A DNA stretch of 64,000 nt. It comes from Camelus dromedarius. Its lineage: Eukaryota. The DNA lies in contig NC_087436.1 of NCBI RefSeq assembly GCF_036321535.1, positions 54,066,001-54,130,000 on the forward strand, read 5' to 3'. The translations under genes and the position numbers were made by a program. Positions 1 to 13,064 of the stretch are shown here, one piece after another (positions within the stretch are counted from its first letter, which is position 1; every line of letters starts with the position of its first letter). A model generated the notes under the pieces. That model saw only the letters and a list, made by a program, of their open reading frames with translations, did not search any database and had not been told where the DNA came from.

Positions 1-1949
1 TTTTTTCTGACCACTGCTGCCAAAAGATGTACAACCTTAGAGCACTGGGGCAGACTACCCCAGGGGTCTTGTCCCACCATCTGTTGGTGCTGGGATGACA
101 GCAAGAATCTGGCATAAGGCATGAATCATGATTAGATGTGAAGCTGAGGCATTTGTGTATGTGGAGGCGAGCAGTTAACTGCAAATCACCCATGCATGTC
201 TCATTTTAACTATAACTAAGAGAATGGCTTAACATCAGAGCTGAATGTCAGGGGCAAAGAAAAAAAAGAAAACAATATAAAACTCTTGCTCTCTGATGAG
301 TTTCCACGGATTATAATCCAAGTAATCAGGAGAATAGTTGTAATAAATGACTCAAGATTTGGGAATAGTTATTTTTTTTAATGCTATTGTCAGAAAATAA
401 AAGGAAAAAATATAATCTACTTCTTCACATAAATCTGGTTTACAATTTAGAAAAATCTAAAAGGAATTCTATGTACTTGCTAGCAAGCGGATTTCTATAT
501 AGGTTTAGAATTTAAATTAAATAGCTGAGAATTACTTTCTTTCATTTAGCATAAAAACAAAGAACCAAACACTGCTTACCGTTAAAACACCACCATCCAA
601 TAAATAATTACAAAGTTTCAGCCTCATTTCATGTATACCTTCTACACTGACATTCTACTGCATCTCAAAATGCTTATCTGTGAACTAAATATGTTCTCAG
701 ATATCTTGAAATGATTTTAAGATTTAGTAGTAGTCAATGGTTGGTGTTTGCAGGTCTAAATGAATGACTGCTTGTAAAAAAAAAAAAATCATTCACTGTG
801 ATCAGGAGTTCTAAAAAAAAAAAAAAAGGCAGACTTCTCATTATCTTTAGCCAGACTAGTACTGACCTTTCAACTACAGCCCTTTAAATGTTTAACTACA
901 CCCAGGAATCAATTCAAGTTCTTTCTCCCCCTTCACACTTAGGTGCAGGCATAAAAATGTTCAAGTATGCCTACAAAATTACAGGCAGCTAGCAGTCTTT
1001 GAATTTGGAAGAACCCATATAAAGGGCAACTGCTACTCTAAAATAATAACTGTGGGCACCACCCAGGATAGTAGCCCTTGCAGTTCTGCAGGCACTCATT
1101 CTGTCTCGGCAGTCCTTGGCCCACACTCCACCTGACCTCCCGATGGCAAGGAGGCAGCTTCGTTATAAAACTGCCAGTGACAGAAAGAAGAAAGAACTGG
1201 GCAATCCAGTCAGAGAAACTTGAAAGAAGAGTAAATCAAAGAGCTGGGCTACAATGCACAACTCAAAGAATTTCTCAAGGCCAATAACTCAGTACAAGGG
1301 AGGAAGTAGGTAGAATGGGAAGGAACACATATAATTTAAGATACAGCTTGAGAAAGACTCAAGTTCCCAAAAATGCTGCCAGGTAAATACATTAAAATAA
1401 TAGGCTTCACTGTAAAACAACAAGAGGGGTTTTTCAGGTATGCTACTATAATAAGGTGAATTTACAACTTATGCGAGCATATAGGCTTCATGAGGATAAA
1501 TTAATGAAAAGCATTTGATTACCAATTTACAGTAAACTCCAAGTTAGAAAAACAAAAACAATAATTGCTATTACTGTGACTCTATTCAATTAAAAATGTA
1601 TTTGGATAAGATTGATAGTATTGTTTACTCAGAGTTATGAAAACAATAAAGAACTGCTATTTTTATATTATACGTCCAAGGATATTTACAACAGATTGTG
1701 AAGATAAGACTCAGATTTGGGATTGACTGTAAGGACCAAGAACATGACTCGAGGGCTATGTATATCCTTGTCTCTGGGGAACCATTTATTTCTCAAGGGG
1801 TAGATTTTTAGAATAGTATAATAAGAGTCCTAGTCCTGTGCCTGGGAGATCTGATCCAAATCCAAGGCTTCATTTACTACCACAGAGACACGTCCCTAAT
1901 CCTCCTTTTACCCTACTGAAAACAAAGTATGTGCAGTTGGATACACCAT

Positions 1950-2600
1950 AAATGCCTCAAATTTAACATTCCCCAAATCAAACACAGCCTCTTTCCTTTC
2001 CTTTCATTCTAGTCTATATTGCAGTGAATGGCAGGGAACCCATCTAAGCCAGAAGCCCTAGAAGGATTATAAATTTTTCTCTGTCAGTAAATGCTTTTCT
2101 ACCACTCACATTAATCAGGATGTAGGTTCCATAGACTCTACCTGATTAGCATCTTTTACATCTATCTTTTCCTTGTTACATTCATGTTACTTCCAGTTCT
2201 CGGTTCTGAACTTTATTAGATAAAACAGCCTTCTCAAGAGTCTAACTCCAGCTTCCACCCCTCATCTGCCAACCACATTGGATGGCAGAATAAGCTTCTG
2301 TAAATAGAAATTTTATGTCAGTCCCCTACTTTAAACCTTTACATGATCCTCCATAACTTTTAATTAAACGGTCAAGCAACATCGATGATATATCCCAACC
2401 ATATCCCCTGATACTCCTCCAATGACAGCCTCCTCTCTAGCCACACTAAATTAACTTGTAGTAATCCAAATTAATCATTTTATTTCATACCTTCTTACTG
2501 CACTTGTTCCTGCTCTGAAATGCCACACCCACTCTACCACTTTAGCTAATTCCCACGCATAGTGTCTTCATCTAAAGGTACCTGACTGAAAGCCACTCAC
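1950..2600 (+). mobile_element. Decayed L2 fragment
   Basis: cctcaaatttaacat...ctaagccagaagccctag...ctctagccacact...cttgttcctgctctgaaatgcc. Confidence 0.55.
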
Positions 2601-3577
2601 TCTTTTAAAGATACCTGACTACCATAAAAACTTATTTTTAGAACGGCCATGTGATGTGGGCATGATTGGTTATGTTTTCCTCATACTACAAATAAGGCCA
2701 TATAAGATTATATTGGAAAAGCAACAGGAACCTTGTTCTTCTGATTCCCAGTCCAGTGCTCTTCCTACCACAACTGTTATTTATGAAATACATTGTGATA
2801 ACAATACCTTGATCAGGCTTGCCAGGTTATTATGTTATAAGTATATTTAACATATTTTGCAGAAGTAAGAACTAAAATAAGACAAGTAAGTGAGAAAGGA
2901 ATGTATAGTATTTTGAGAGAGATAAAATGACTCAGTTATTTGAAGGAGAGAAAGGGAACTGAGTATAGAGAAAGTGAAACAGGTTTAAAATAGATTTAAA
3001 ACACAAAAGAGGAATATGCTGCATATAAGTAGATTAAAGGGCCTAATAATAAGAAATTATTGTTTCTAAAAGAAAATGGAAGTACATGAAGGGGAGTTAT
3101 AAAATACTTTTTCTTTCACTTTTTCCCCAATAAGGATTTTAAGCAAATACAAGGAAAAGATGCACAGAAGAAAAGGATATATACAGTCATGAAAAGAAAG
3201 AGGGAAGAACAAAAACCCATTTACAAAATGACTCACCGTCAGAAACAGGTCTTACTAAAGGATTAAGTTGTGAGAGTCATTCTATAAAATTACAATAAAT
3301 GATTTTGACAGTTTTGCAGTCATTTCAATTCCAGGGATAATGTAAGCTGTGGGAGTCAGAGAAGTCTTCTGTTTGGAAATCATCACTTGAATAAGCAGGG
3401 AGAGCTGCTAGTTTGACTATTTTCTTTAAAATTATGACTAACTAGGTCACATAAAGTAGTTGCTAAAAATTAAGAGTTGTGTGGTTAAAAAATAAAAGAT
3501 ACTGACTGAGAAAATAAATACTGGGACGGATTGTGTTAATCACTGTGGTAAAAACATATATAACTAAAATTGTTCAA

Positions 3578-6147
3578 ATCCCAAAGTCATTCTATGAAGC
3601 CACCATCACCCTGATACGAAACAAAGACACTACCAAAAAAAGAAAATTACAGGCCAATATCTCTGATGAATATAGATGCAAAAGTTCTCAATAAAATATC
3701 AGCAAACCGAATCCAACAACACATTAAAAAGATCATACACCATAATCAAGTTGGAGTGATTCCAGGGCCACAAGGATGGTTCAACATATGCAAATCAATG
3801 TAATACATCACATCAACAAGAGAAAGGACAGAAACCCATGCTCATCTCAACAGCTGCAAAAGAGCATGTGGTAAAATTCAACATCCATTCATGATAAAAA
3901 ACTCTTACCAAAGTGGGTATACAGGAAACATTATCTCAACATAGTAAAAACTATGAGAAACCCAGAGCCAACATAATACTCAATGGTGTAAAGTTGAAAG
4001 CCTTCCCACTAAAATCTGGAACAAGACAAGGATGCCCATTCTCACCACTTTTATTCAACACAGTACTGAAAGTCCTAGCCACAGCAATCAAACAAGGAAA
4101 AGAAATAAAAGGTATCCAAATTAGAAGGATAGAGGTAAAATTGTCATCATACGCAGATGAAATGATACTATATATAGAAAACCCTAAAGACTTCACACAA
4201 AAACTACTAGAACTGATAAATTCAGCAAGATAGCAGAAAAAAGATTCACATACAGATATCTATCACATTTCTTTACATTGACAATGAAATATCAGAAAGG
4301 GAAAGTTAAAAAACAACCCCTTTTAAAATCACATCCAAAAAACAAAGTAAAATATTTTTAACCATGGAAGTGAAAGATTTATATGCTGAGAACTACAAAA
4401 TATTGATAAAGGAAACTGAAGATGATTTAAAGAAAAGGAAAGATATCCCATGCTCTTGGATTGGAAAAATTAGTATTATTAAAAGAGCCATGCTACCCAA
4501 AGCAATCTACAGATTTAATGTGATACCTATCAAATTACCCAGGATATTTTTCACAGAACTAGAACAAAGAATCCTAAAATTTATATGGAGTCACAAAAGA
4601 CCCAGAACTGCCACAGAAATACTGAGGAAAAAGAACAAAGCTGGAGGCATAACCCTCCCAGACTTCAGACAATACTACAGAACTACAGTAATCAAACCAG
4701 TGTGGTTTTGGCACCAAAACAGATATATGGATAAATGGAAGAGAATAGAGAGCCTAGAAATATACCCACAGATCCTTGGTCAATTAATCTTTGACAAAGG
4801 AGGCCAGAACATGTAATGGAGAAAAGACAAGTAGAGGCGAGAAAGCTGGACAGCCACACGTAAATCAATGCAGTTAGAACACTCCCTCACACCATACACA
4901 AAAATAAACTCAAAGTGGATTAAAGACTTAAACATAAAACAGGACACCATAAACTTCCTAGAAGAGAACATAGGCAAAACATTCTCTGACATAAACATAG
5001 CAATGTTTTCTTAGGTCAATCTCCCAAGGCAATAGACATAAAAGTAAAATTAAAAAAAAAAGGAACCTAATCAAACTTAAAAGGTTTTGCACAACAGGGA
5101 AACCATAAACAAAATGAAAAGACAACCTACAGAATGGGGGAAAACATTTGGAAACAATGTGATGAACAAGGGCTTAATTTCCAAAATATACAAACAGCTC
5201 ACAGAACTCAGTAACAAAAAAACAAACAACCCAATCCAAAAATGGGCAGAAGGCCTAAATAGACATTCTTCCAAAGAAGACATAGAGATGGCCAACAGGC
5301 ATGTGAAAAGATGCTCAACATCACTAATCATCAAAGAAATGCAAATCAAAACTGCAATGAGGAATCATGTCAAACCGATCATAACGACCATCATTAAAAA
5401 GTCCACAAATAATAAATGCTGGAGAGGGTGTGGAGAAAAGGGAACCCTCCTACACTGTTGGTGGAAATGTAAATTGGTGCAGCCACTATGGAAAGCAGCA
5501 TGGGGATTCCTTAAAAAACTAAAAATAGAGCTACCATATGATCCAGCAGTCCCCTTCCTGGGCATATATCTGGAGGAAACTCTAATTCAAAAAGACACAT
5601 GCACCCCAATGTACACAGCAGCAATATTTACAATAGCTAAGACACGGAAGCAACCTAGATGTCCACTGGTAAATGATTCAATAAAGAAGTTGTGGCATAT
5701 ATACACACAATGGAATACTACTCAGCCATAAAAAAAGAATGGAATAATGCCATTTGCAGCAACACGGATGAACCTAGAGACTATCATACTAAGTGAAGTA
5801 AGCCAGACAAAGACAAATATATTGCTTATATGTGGAATCTAAAAAAGTAACATAAATGAACTTATTTACAAAACAGAAACAGACTCATAGACATAGAAAA
5901 TAAACTTATGGTTACCAAAGGGGGGAGATAAATTAGGAATCTGGGATTAACAGTTAAAAACTACTATATATAAAGTAGATAAACAACAAGGTCCTAATGG
6001 ATAGCACAGGAAACTACATTTAATACCTTGTAATAAACTATAATGGAAAAGAATGTAAAAAAAAAAGTATCATAAAAAACTGAATCACTTTGCTGTATAT
6101 CAGAAACTAACACAACACTGTAAATTAACTATACTTCAATTAAAAAA
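3578..6147 (+). mobile_element. 5'-truncated LINE-1 (degenerate ORF2 RT and C-terminal region + 3'UTR)
   Basis: ORF fragments carry L1 ORF2 motifs ([43 protein letters not shown]) with stops and frameshifts. 18-bp TSD ataactaaaattgttcaa (3560-3577) / ataactagaattgttcaa (6148-6165). Confidence 0.96.
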
Positions 6148-6294
6148 ATAACTAGAATTGTTCAACTATAAGTTCAAAGTAATTATTGATAACATTGTCC
6201 CTATAGTAAATATGGATTTCCTCACTTCAAACTAAGAGAATGAGAATACAGTAAAACACAGTGAAGGAGTATTTTCAATAAAAGATCCATCTCC

Positions 6295-6507
6295 ATCCCA
6301 CTGTGAACTTACAAAAAGAGACCCCAGAGAGATGCCTTGCTTCTTTCACAGTGTGAGGTTCCAGTGAAAAGACAACCAGAAGTGGGCCCTCACCAGATAC
6401 TGAATCTGCTAGTGCCTTCGTCTTCGACTTTCCTGCTACCAGAACTGTGAGAAATTCTATCCAGTCTAGGATATTTTGTTATAGCAGCTCACATGGACTA
6501 AGATACA
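6295..6507 (+). mobile_element. MaLR LTR fragment (MLT1A/MST-like)
   Basis: gggccctcaccaga...ccagaactgtgagaaat...ttgttatagcagc...ggactaagataca. Confidence 0.75.
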
Positions 6508-8333
6508 TAGCATAAAACTCCTTTCATAGCCTGACAATTTACTCCCTTTCCTGTTATCCTCTCTTGTCCCTTCCCTGCATGTACCCTTTTTGCCAGCTAT
6601 ACCAAACTTCAGTTTCTGATTGAACTAGGATTTTCCCCATCACTGTGACATTGTATATGTTGCTTCCTCTGCTTGGGATGTTCTTCCCATAATCCTTGTG
6701 CCCTCACATTACCTGGGTAAACTACACCATATTTTCAAGATCCAGCACTCCCTGATCCTGCTTATCAAATTCACCCCTCTTCCCCACTCTTCACACACAA
6801 TGCTGTAGTTTTTTCCAAGTTGTTAGAACCTGTTTGGTAGTTGAACACTTAGGAGTAGATGACATTATCCATGGAAAATGTATTTTTACTGAGTCCCTAC
6901 TATATTGGGAATATAAGCCTAAAGAGGATACAAATCATATCCTCAGAGAGCTGTCTAGTAAGAAAGAGAGCGGTAAATAAATTACCACAATTCAGTGTGA
7001 TGATACCACCATGGAGGTTACGTACCATGTCTAATGGGAAGCACACACACAGCTCCGTGAAGATTACAGAAATTTCCATAAACAAGGTAATTATTTAGCT
7101 GATTTCTGAAGGCCAATAAAGCATGTTCTAAGTAGAAAAGGAGAATTTTTTTTTTTTTTGGCCAGCAGCTGAAGGCTACCAGAATTGAGAACTGGAAAAG
7201 GCTGGTATTATCTAAGGTTTGAAGAAAAGGCAGGTAAAAGAAGAATAATAAGAGAATATACTATGAAACACCTATTTACCCATCAGAACCCAGGAGAAAT
7301 GTCAGTCCTTCTGTGACACTTTAAAAGATTTTTACAACTACAAACTGAATCCAGTTCTCTGAACACTTTGTAATCAGCTCTATTATATAATGTATTATAC
7401 TGTATTAAAACTTATCTGTTACTTGTCTATCTGATCCCTCCAGGGCAAAGTACCAACTAATGCACAGTGGTACCCAAGTAATGCTCATTTAATAGAACTG
7501 CCCTGTCCTTAAGGAGTTTATAACTGAATAAAAAAGGCATACACAAATAAGTAATATACACTAAAATAAGTTCAACTAGAGGGACATATAAACTGTTATA
7601 GAACACTAAAGATGAAACAGCTGAGCTACATTTATTGATGTTATAGAAGTTATAATTACTTTTAACAGAAAAAGAGGACTGAGCTTATAAGGAGACTCTT
7701 ATATTTTAAGAATTCTCTCATCAAGAATGGAAAATTTTTGGTAGAACTACCAATCACTAGCTCACGCAGAGACTAAACTTTTCACTTTGCATTAAGCTAA
7801 TCAGGTCTCAGACTACATTTTTCAAAAGCAAACACATGCAAAAATGTTCTTTAAACCTTCAGAAATCATTTTAGAAAATTACCTTGCCTTTATCTTATCC
7901 CTCCCACATGCACACATCAGAAAGAAGAGATGATCAATCCATAACTATGTTATTATGAGCCAAATGAAAACATTCTGTTTGCTCCTTTAGTACAAGGAAG
8001 AGAAAAGATGTGTAATACTTAAATATGGGAAGAGAAAATTACCAGCATCTGAATGAACTCACCTCAGAGAACACTGTGTGCTAAAACCTAGAATTTAAAT
8101 CCAGATGTCTCTTTAAAAAGCCACTACTCGGCCTTCTGGAGTCTCATTTTGGGGTTTATCACAATGAATAGGAAAAAGTATGTCACAAAATCAACCTCAG
8201 TAAAATCAATTATAGATTCATATGTGGAAAGCTCTAATATTAATGGCATCATTCCTCACTAGCAGTTATAACAACACATAACTATTAAGCCACATAATTC
8301 ATTTTGTTATGACAGTAAAATACATAGTCCACT

Positions 8334-8590
8334 TGTGATGTTTATTTTTATAAGTCAACTCACCTGTGCCATGGTACCCAGGTATATGGTCAAACATTAT
8401 TCTGGATGTTTTTGTAAGGGAGTTTTTGGATAAGATTAACACTTAAAACCATACACTCTGAGCAAAGCAGATTGCCCTCCATAATGTGGGTGAACCTAAC
8501 CCAATCAGTGGAAGCCTGACTAGAACAAAAGATTTACTATCTAATCTCTTTCCCCCCACATGCCCTGGAGCAAGAGGGAATTCTGTCAGC
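8334..8590 (+). mobile_element. MLT2-like ERVL LTR fragment
   Basis: tggtcaaacattattctggatg...aaagcagattgccctccataatgtgggtg...caatcagtggaagcctga. Confidence 0.78.
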
Positions 8591-9029
8591 ACAATAACTC
8601 ATGAAATTTCACACAGTATTCTCCACTACAGCTCCGCTCCAACAGCCCTGTATAATTAGAGTTAGGGGAAAAAAACTTACTTTGACTCTACCTACATGTG
8701 CTAGCTTTCTTCAATCTCAAGAAGTCACACAATGTGTTTTTTTTTTTTAAACTGGTGGTAAAACAGCCCAAATTTCCAAGTGAATGTATCTGACAATAGA
8801 AGGCACTGAATACTGAATACTACTAGCTTCTAGTAAAAAAAAAAATTAAGAGAATAAAGATTCTCTATATTTTATTGCCCATTAGATGAATATTATCTAG
8901 AAAATTACAACTAAACTCTATCTTACTAAAAACATGAAATAGTCACATTTTCTCAGTTAATAGTGTTTTTTTTTTTGAGGAGAGAGGTTGTATTTGCTTT
9001 TATTTATTTATTTGTTTATTGGTCTCTTT

Positions 9030-9465
9030 ATTTTTGAAGTATTTTTTATTTATAATATTATGTTAGCTTCAGGTGTACAACATAGTGACTCAATGTTTTT
9101 ATACATTATACTCCATTTAAAATTATTACAAAACAATGGTTGTATTTCCCTGTGCTGTACAATATATCCTTGTTGCTTATTTTATACACCATAGTTTATA
9201 TATCTTAATCTCATATTCTTCTTCATTGACCACCCCTTACCTCTCTCCACAGGTAACCACTAGTTTGTTTTCTATATCTGTGAGTCTGTTTTGTTACATT
9301 CATTCATTTTATTTTTTTAGATTCCACATATAAGTGATAACATAGACTATTTGTCTCTCTCTCTGACTTACTTAACTAAGCATAATACTCTCTATGTCCA
9401 TCCATGTTGCTGCAAATGGCAGAATTTCATTCTTTTTTAGGGCTGAGCAGTATTCCATTGTGTGT

Positions 9466-9512
<47 letters not shown>

Positions 9513-10218
9513 CACACCACTTCTTTATCTATTCATCTGGTAAAATGCACTTATATAACTTCTTCCATATCTTGGCTATTGTAAATAATGCTGCTATGAA
9601 TATTCGGGTGCATGTATCTTTTTGGAACCAGTGTTTTCTCTGGATATATACCCAGCAGGGGAATTGCTGGATAATATGGTAGTTTTGTTTCTAGGTTTTT
9701 TGAGGAACCTACATACTGTTTTCTAAAGTAGCTGCACCAATTTACAATCCCACAACAGTGTACTAGGGTTCCCTTTTCTCTACATCATAGCCAACATTTG
9801 CTATCTGTAGACTTTTTGGTAACAGTCATTTTGACAGGTATGAGATGATATCTCATGGTGGTTTTGATTTGCATTTCTCTGATGATCACTGATGTTGAGC
9901 ATTTTTTCATATGCCTGTTGGCTATCTGTATATCTTCTTTGGAAATATGTCTATTCAGGTCTTCTGCCCATTTTTCAATCGGGTTCTTTGTTTCTTTTTG
10001 ATATTGAGTTGTTTATATATTTTGGCTATTAACCCCTTATCAGTCATATCATATGCAACTATTGTTTCCCATTCTGTAGGTTGTCTTTTCATTTTGTTGA
10101 TGGCTTCCTTTGCTGTGTAAAAGCTTTTAGTTTAATTAGGTCTCATTTACTTATTTTTACTTTTATTTCTTTTGCCACCTTAGGAGTCAGATCCAAAAAA
10201 AATATTGCTATGATTTAT
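9030..10218 (-). mobile_element. 5'-truncated LINE-1 3' end, containing a (TG)n microsatellite at ~9458-9509
   Basis: Antisense copy of ORF2 C-terminal and 3'UTR sequence homologous to 5030-6147. Confidence 0.92.
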
Positions 10219-10963
10219 CTTGTGATCTGTTACAATGGAGTAAAATGACCATGAACTACATATGGTTAAAAATATAGCATATAATACTTTTGGCCATAGT
10301 ATTCTTCATCAAGATCTCATTGTGTAGCAAAGAGAAAATAACATAGTATCTTAAATTCAGTTAAGAAGATATATTTCTGACCTAGTATAAATTTCTTCAA
10401 CTCCTTCTTAGTGTTTCTAAAAAGTGTTTCTTAATTTGGGAACTTTTCCAGTTCCCTTACTTTGAATACTTGAAGCAAAGAGTTAATCTTTTAGTCTCAA
10501 TTTTGTCTTTAATGTTATGACTATTTCAACAACTTTTACAGTTGGTTATTAATATTCAAATACATCCATAACTCAAAAAATGAAAATTGCAGTAAATAAT
10601 AAATGATTAACAATGAAAAATGATAAAACATATTCCCACAGTTTCTCTTCCAGTTCCACATCTCTTCCAGTTTCACATAATAAACTATAAGTTAATGTGG
10701 GTTAAGATTCATATTAAATAAAACCTCCAAAAGGAGAACTTAATTCAGTTACCTACTTTTCTATGTGTTTCTTTTTTTCCCTCTAAGTGAAATGTTAGAA
10801 ACCTTTAAAATGGTTTTAAATGCCAAGTATTAAAAAAAATTTTTAATTATAAAATTATTTATATTCATATTTCATTAAGTCTTAAGATACCAAAATTCAC
10901 ATGACATTAAAAATGTCTAAGAGGAATCTATATAAAACTACATTATGTAAAACTACATGTAGA

Positions 10964-11068
10964 GAGGTGGGTAATAGCTCAGTGGTAGAGCACATGCTTA
11001 GCATGCAAAAGGTCCTGGGTTGAATTCCCAGTACCTCAATTTAAAAAAATTTTTTAAATAATTTTTAA
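10964..11068 (+). mobile_element. tRNA-derived SINE (camelid Vic-1-like), short-tail form
   Basis: A box tagctcagtggtagag and B-box-like gggttgaattccc, A-rich tail, TSD core ctacatgtaga (10953-10963 / 11074-11084). Confidence 0.88.
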
Positions 11069-12879
11069 AAATCCTACATGTAGAATTACATTTACATTTA
11101 TGTAACACTATTAAGATAAAGTAAGAAAAATAATAAGCAATCAAGTTCACATTTTCAGGGTTAAGTAATAAAAACAGAAAAAAATGAACACCTAAATTTA
11201 AAGCTAAAGACATAATTCAAAGGCTGATATGATATGACCTTGTAATTTTAAGAAAAAACAATTTTCTGTTAACAAAATTAACACTTTACTGACTGTAGTT
11301 TTGAACCTTTGGGGTTATAAATTATTAAACAGAGAAATTATCTATAGTGTTTATCAGACAATTTAACAACCATTCATTCTAAAATATATCATTAATATTA
11401 TTAATATTAATTATTCTTTAGGTGCTAAATCTCACTAAGTAAATATTTGTCCCTGAATACACAAAGGAAGATATAAATTACACTGAACCTCACTATTATA
11501 CAAAATAACCTTGAATCTGAGATTGTAAAACCATGTTGTATTTTCTATTCTTATGAAAACCTTCCTCTAGTATTAAAGCTCTCAACAAATAATTGTATTA
11601 TAAACAAACTTTAAAATAATAAAAATGGTGGATATTTACTGTTTTTAATATTAATTGATTGCATTGAGGATTTATAGTTTAAAGGTACCTGGTGGTCTTG
11701 ATTTTTTTAAGAATGTATGTATTTTATATAGAGGATTCCAAGAGGAAAAACGATTCATTCATTTAAAAAATTCCTCAAAATGTCTCAATTATAAATTCCA
11801 AAGTCTACCTAATGGTGAAACTTTAACCTTTGTTTTACAATGCCAAGTGTGTACTCAGGAAATATGAATTACAAGAGCTAAAAGTGAAAGGATTTAGTCT
11901 ATGTAAGGAAGCTTTCTAGAAACAACCATCATGGACTATTAAGTACTAAAGGAGCTAAAAAGAAGTTATGCCACTGCCCATATCTTTAATACCAGGTTCA
12001 AACATCTATAATCACAACAGAGACACTGAAAATAGGTTAATTTAATCAATCTCTTAGTTTAAGCCATTTTCCTTATATATAATTCTTATTAATTCATTAT
12101 ACCAGTTAAAGTCCTCAAATTCTTTGCATTGCTTGCATATTCTTTAACATGTTCAGGACATATTGAGTTACTGTTTAATTGGACAAGCCAGTTAACATCA
12201 ATCAAGTATGGCCACAGAAGACCCACAGCTAGCTGCAGATACAGAGTCACACAGGACCCTGTTGGGAAGAATGTTAGGAAGACACAGCAGCACAAACCCA
12301 TCACTTGTCTCTCAGTAACTTAGTGATAGTACTAGTATTACACTGAGGATGGCAGATCTTTTTCAGTATTTATCTGGCATACATATATAGCATCATTTCT
12401 AATCACATATCTCTCACATATTTTACTTTTAGGAACATAAGAAGCTTTTCAAATTTAGCAAACCTAAGAAGCAAAAATGGTACCATTTATTAATTAGCTG
12501 ATGTTAAAAAACCAAGATCCTCTGCCAATGCTTCAATCACAATCTACAAATACCAATGGAGGCTTATCTCCTGGAGACTGTACATAATGAGAGCTTTTTT
12601 TGGCCCTTTATGAAACATAGTGGTTAAAAGCATATCAGAAGGTAGGCAGCAAGTACACAGAAGGTATACAGACAACACCCAGTATCATGTTATATCTTTC
12701 TTTTGTTGATGTTAACAGTGACATTGATTTTGTTTCTAAGCTGCATTTGCATCATATCATACTGGCTGGCCCAACTCTTAAACCTACTTTGGTCAGCCAT
12801 CACCCATTCAAGAAATGATGGCCTATAAAGCTCCAATAGAAATAAAATATTTATAAATATTTTATAGAATTTTAAAAAT

Positions 12880-13060
12880 GAGATTTAATATGTAATCAAT
12901 AATTTAAAAACTGTTAGTGAGCTATTTTACTTTTGGGGGGATACTAAGTCTTTGAAATATAATATGTATTTTATACCTATTGCATACCTAAATTCAGACT
13001 AGCCTCATTTCAGATGCTCAATAGCCATGTCACAGAACTGATATTGTATTGAACAGCAGG
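12880..13060. mobile_element. MER33/MER3-like hAT MITE remnant
   Basis: actaagtctttgaaat...aattcagactagcc...gctcaatagcca motif string. Confidence 0.6.
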
Positions 13061-13064
13061 AGTT

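Noticed and set aside
580..677. Possible 98-nt cryptic exon (cacag|...ACG|gtaagc); similar pairs near 8060 and at 41245-41306
   Set aside because: Pyrimidine tracts are poor, and such pairs are expected by chance in more than 40 kb of intron.
3913..5731. ORFs resembling reverse transcriptase as a functional gene
   Set aside because: They are fragments of a 5'-truncated, frameshifted L1 ORF2.
10964..11040. tRNA gene (likewise at 21470, 49530 and 62765)
   Set aside because: The stems are degenerate, and A-rich tails and TSDs show these are SINEs.
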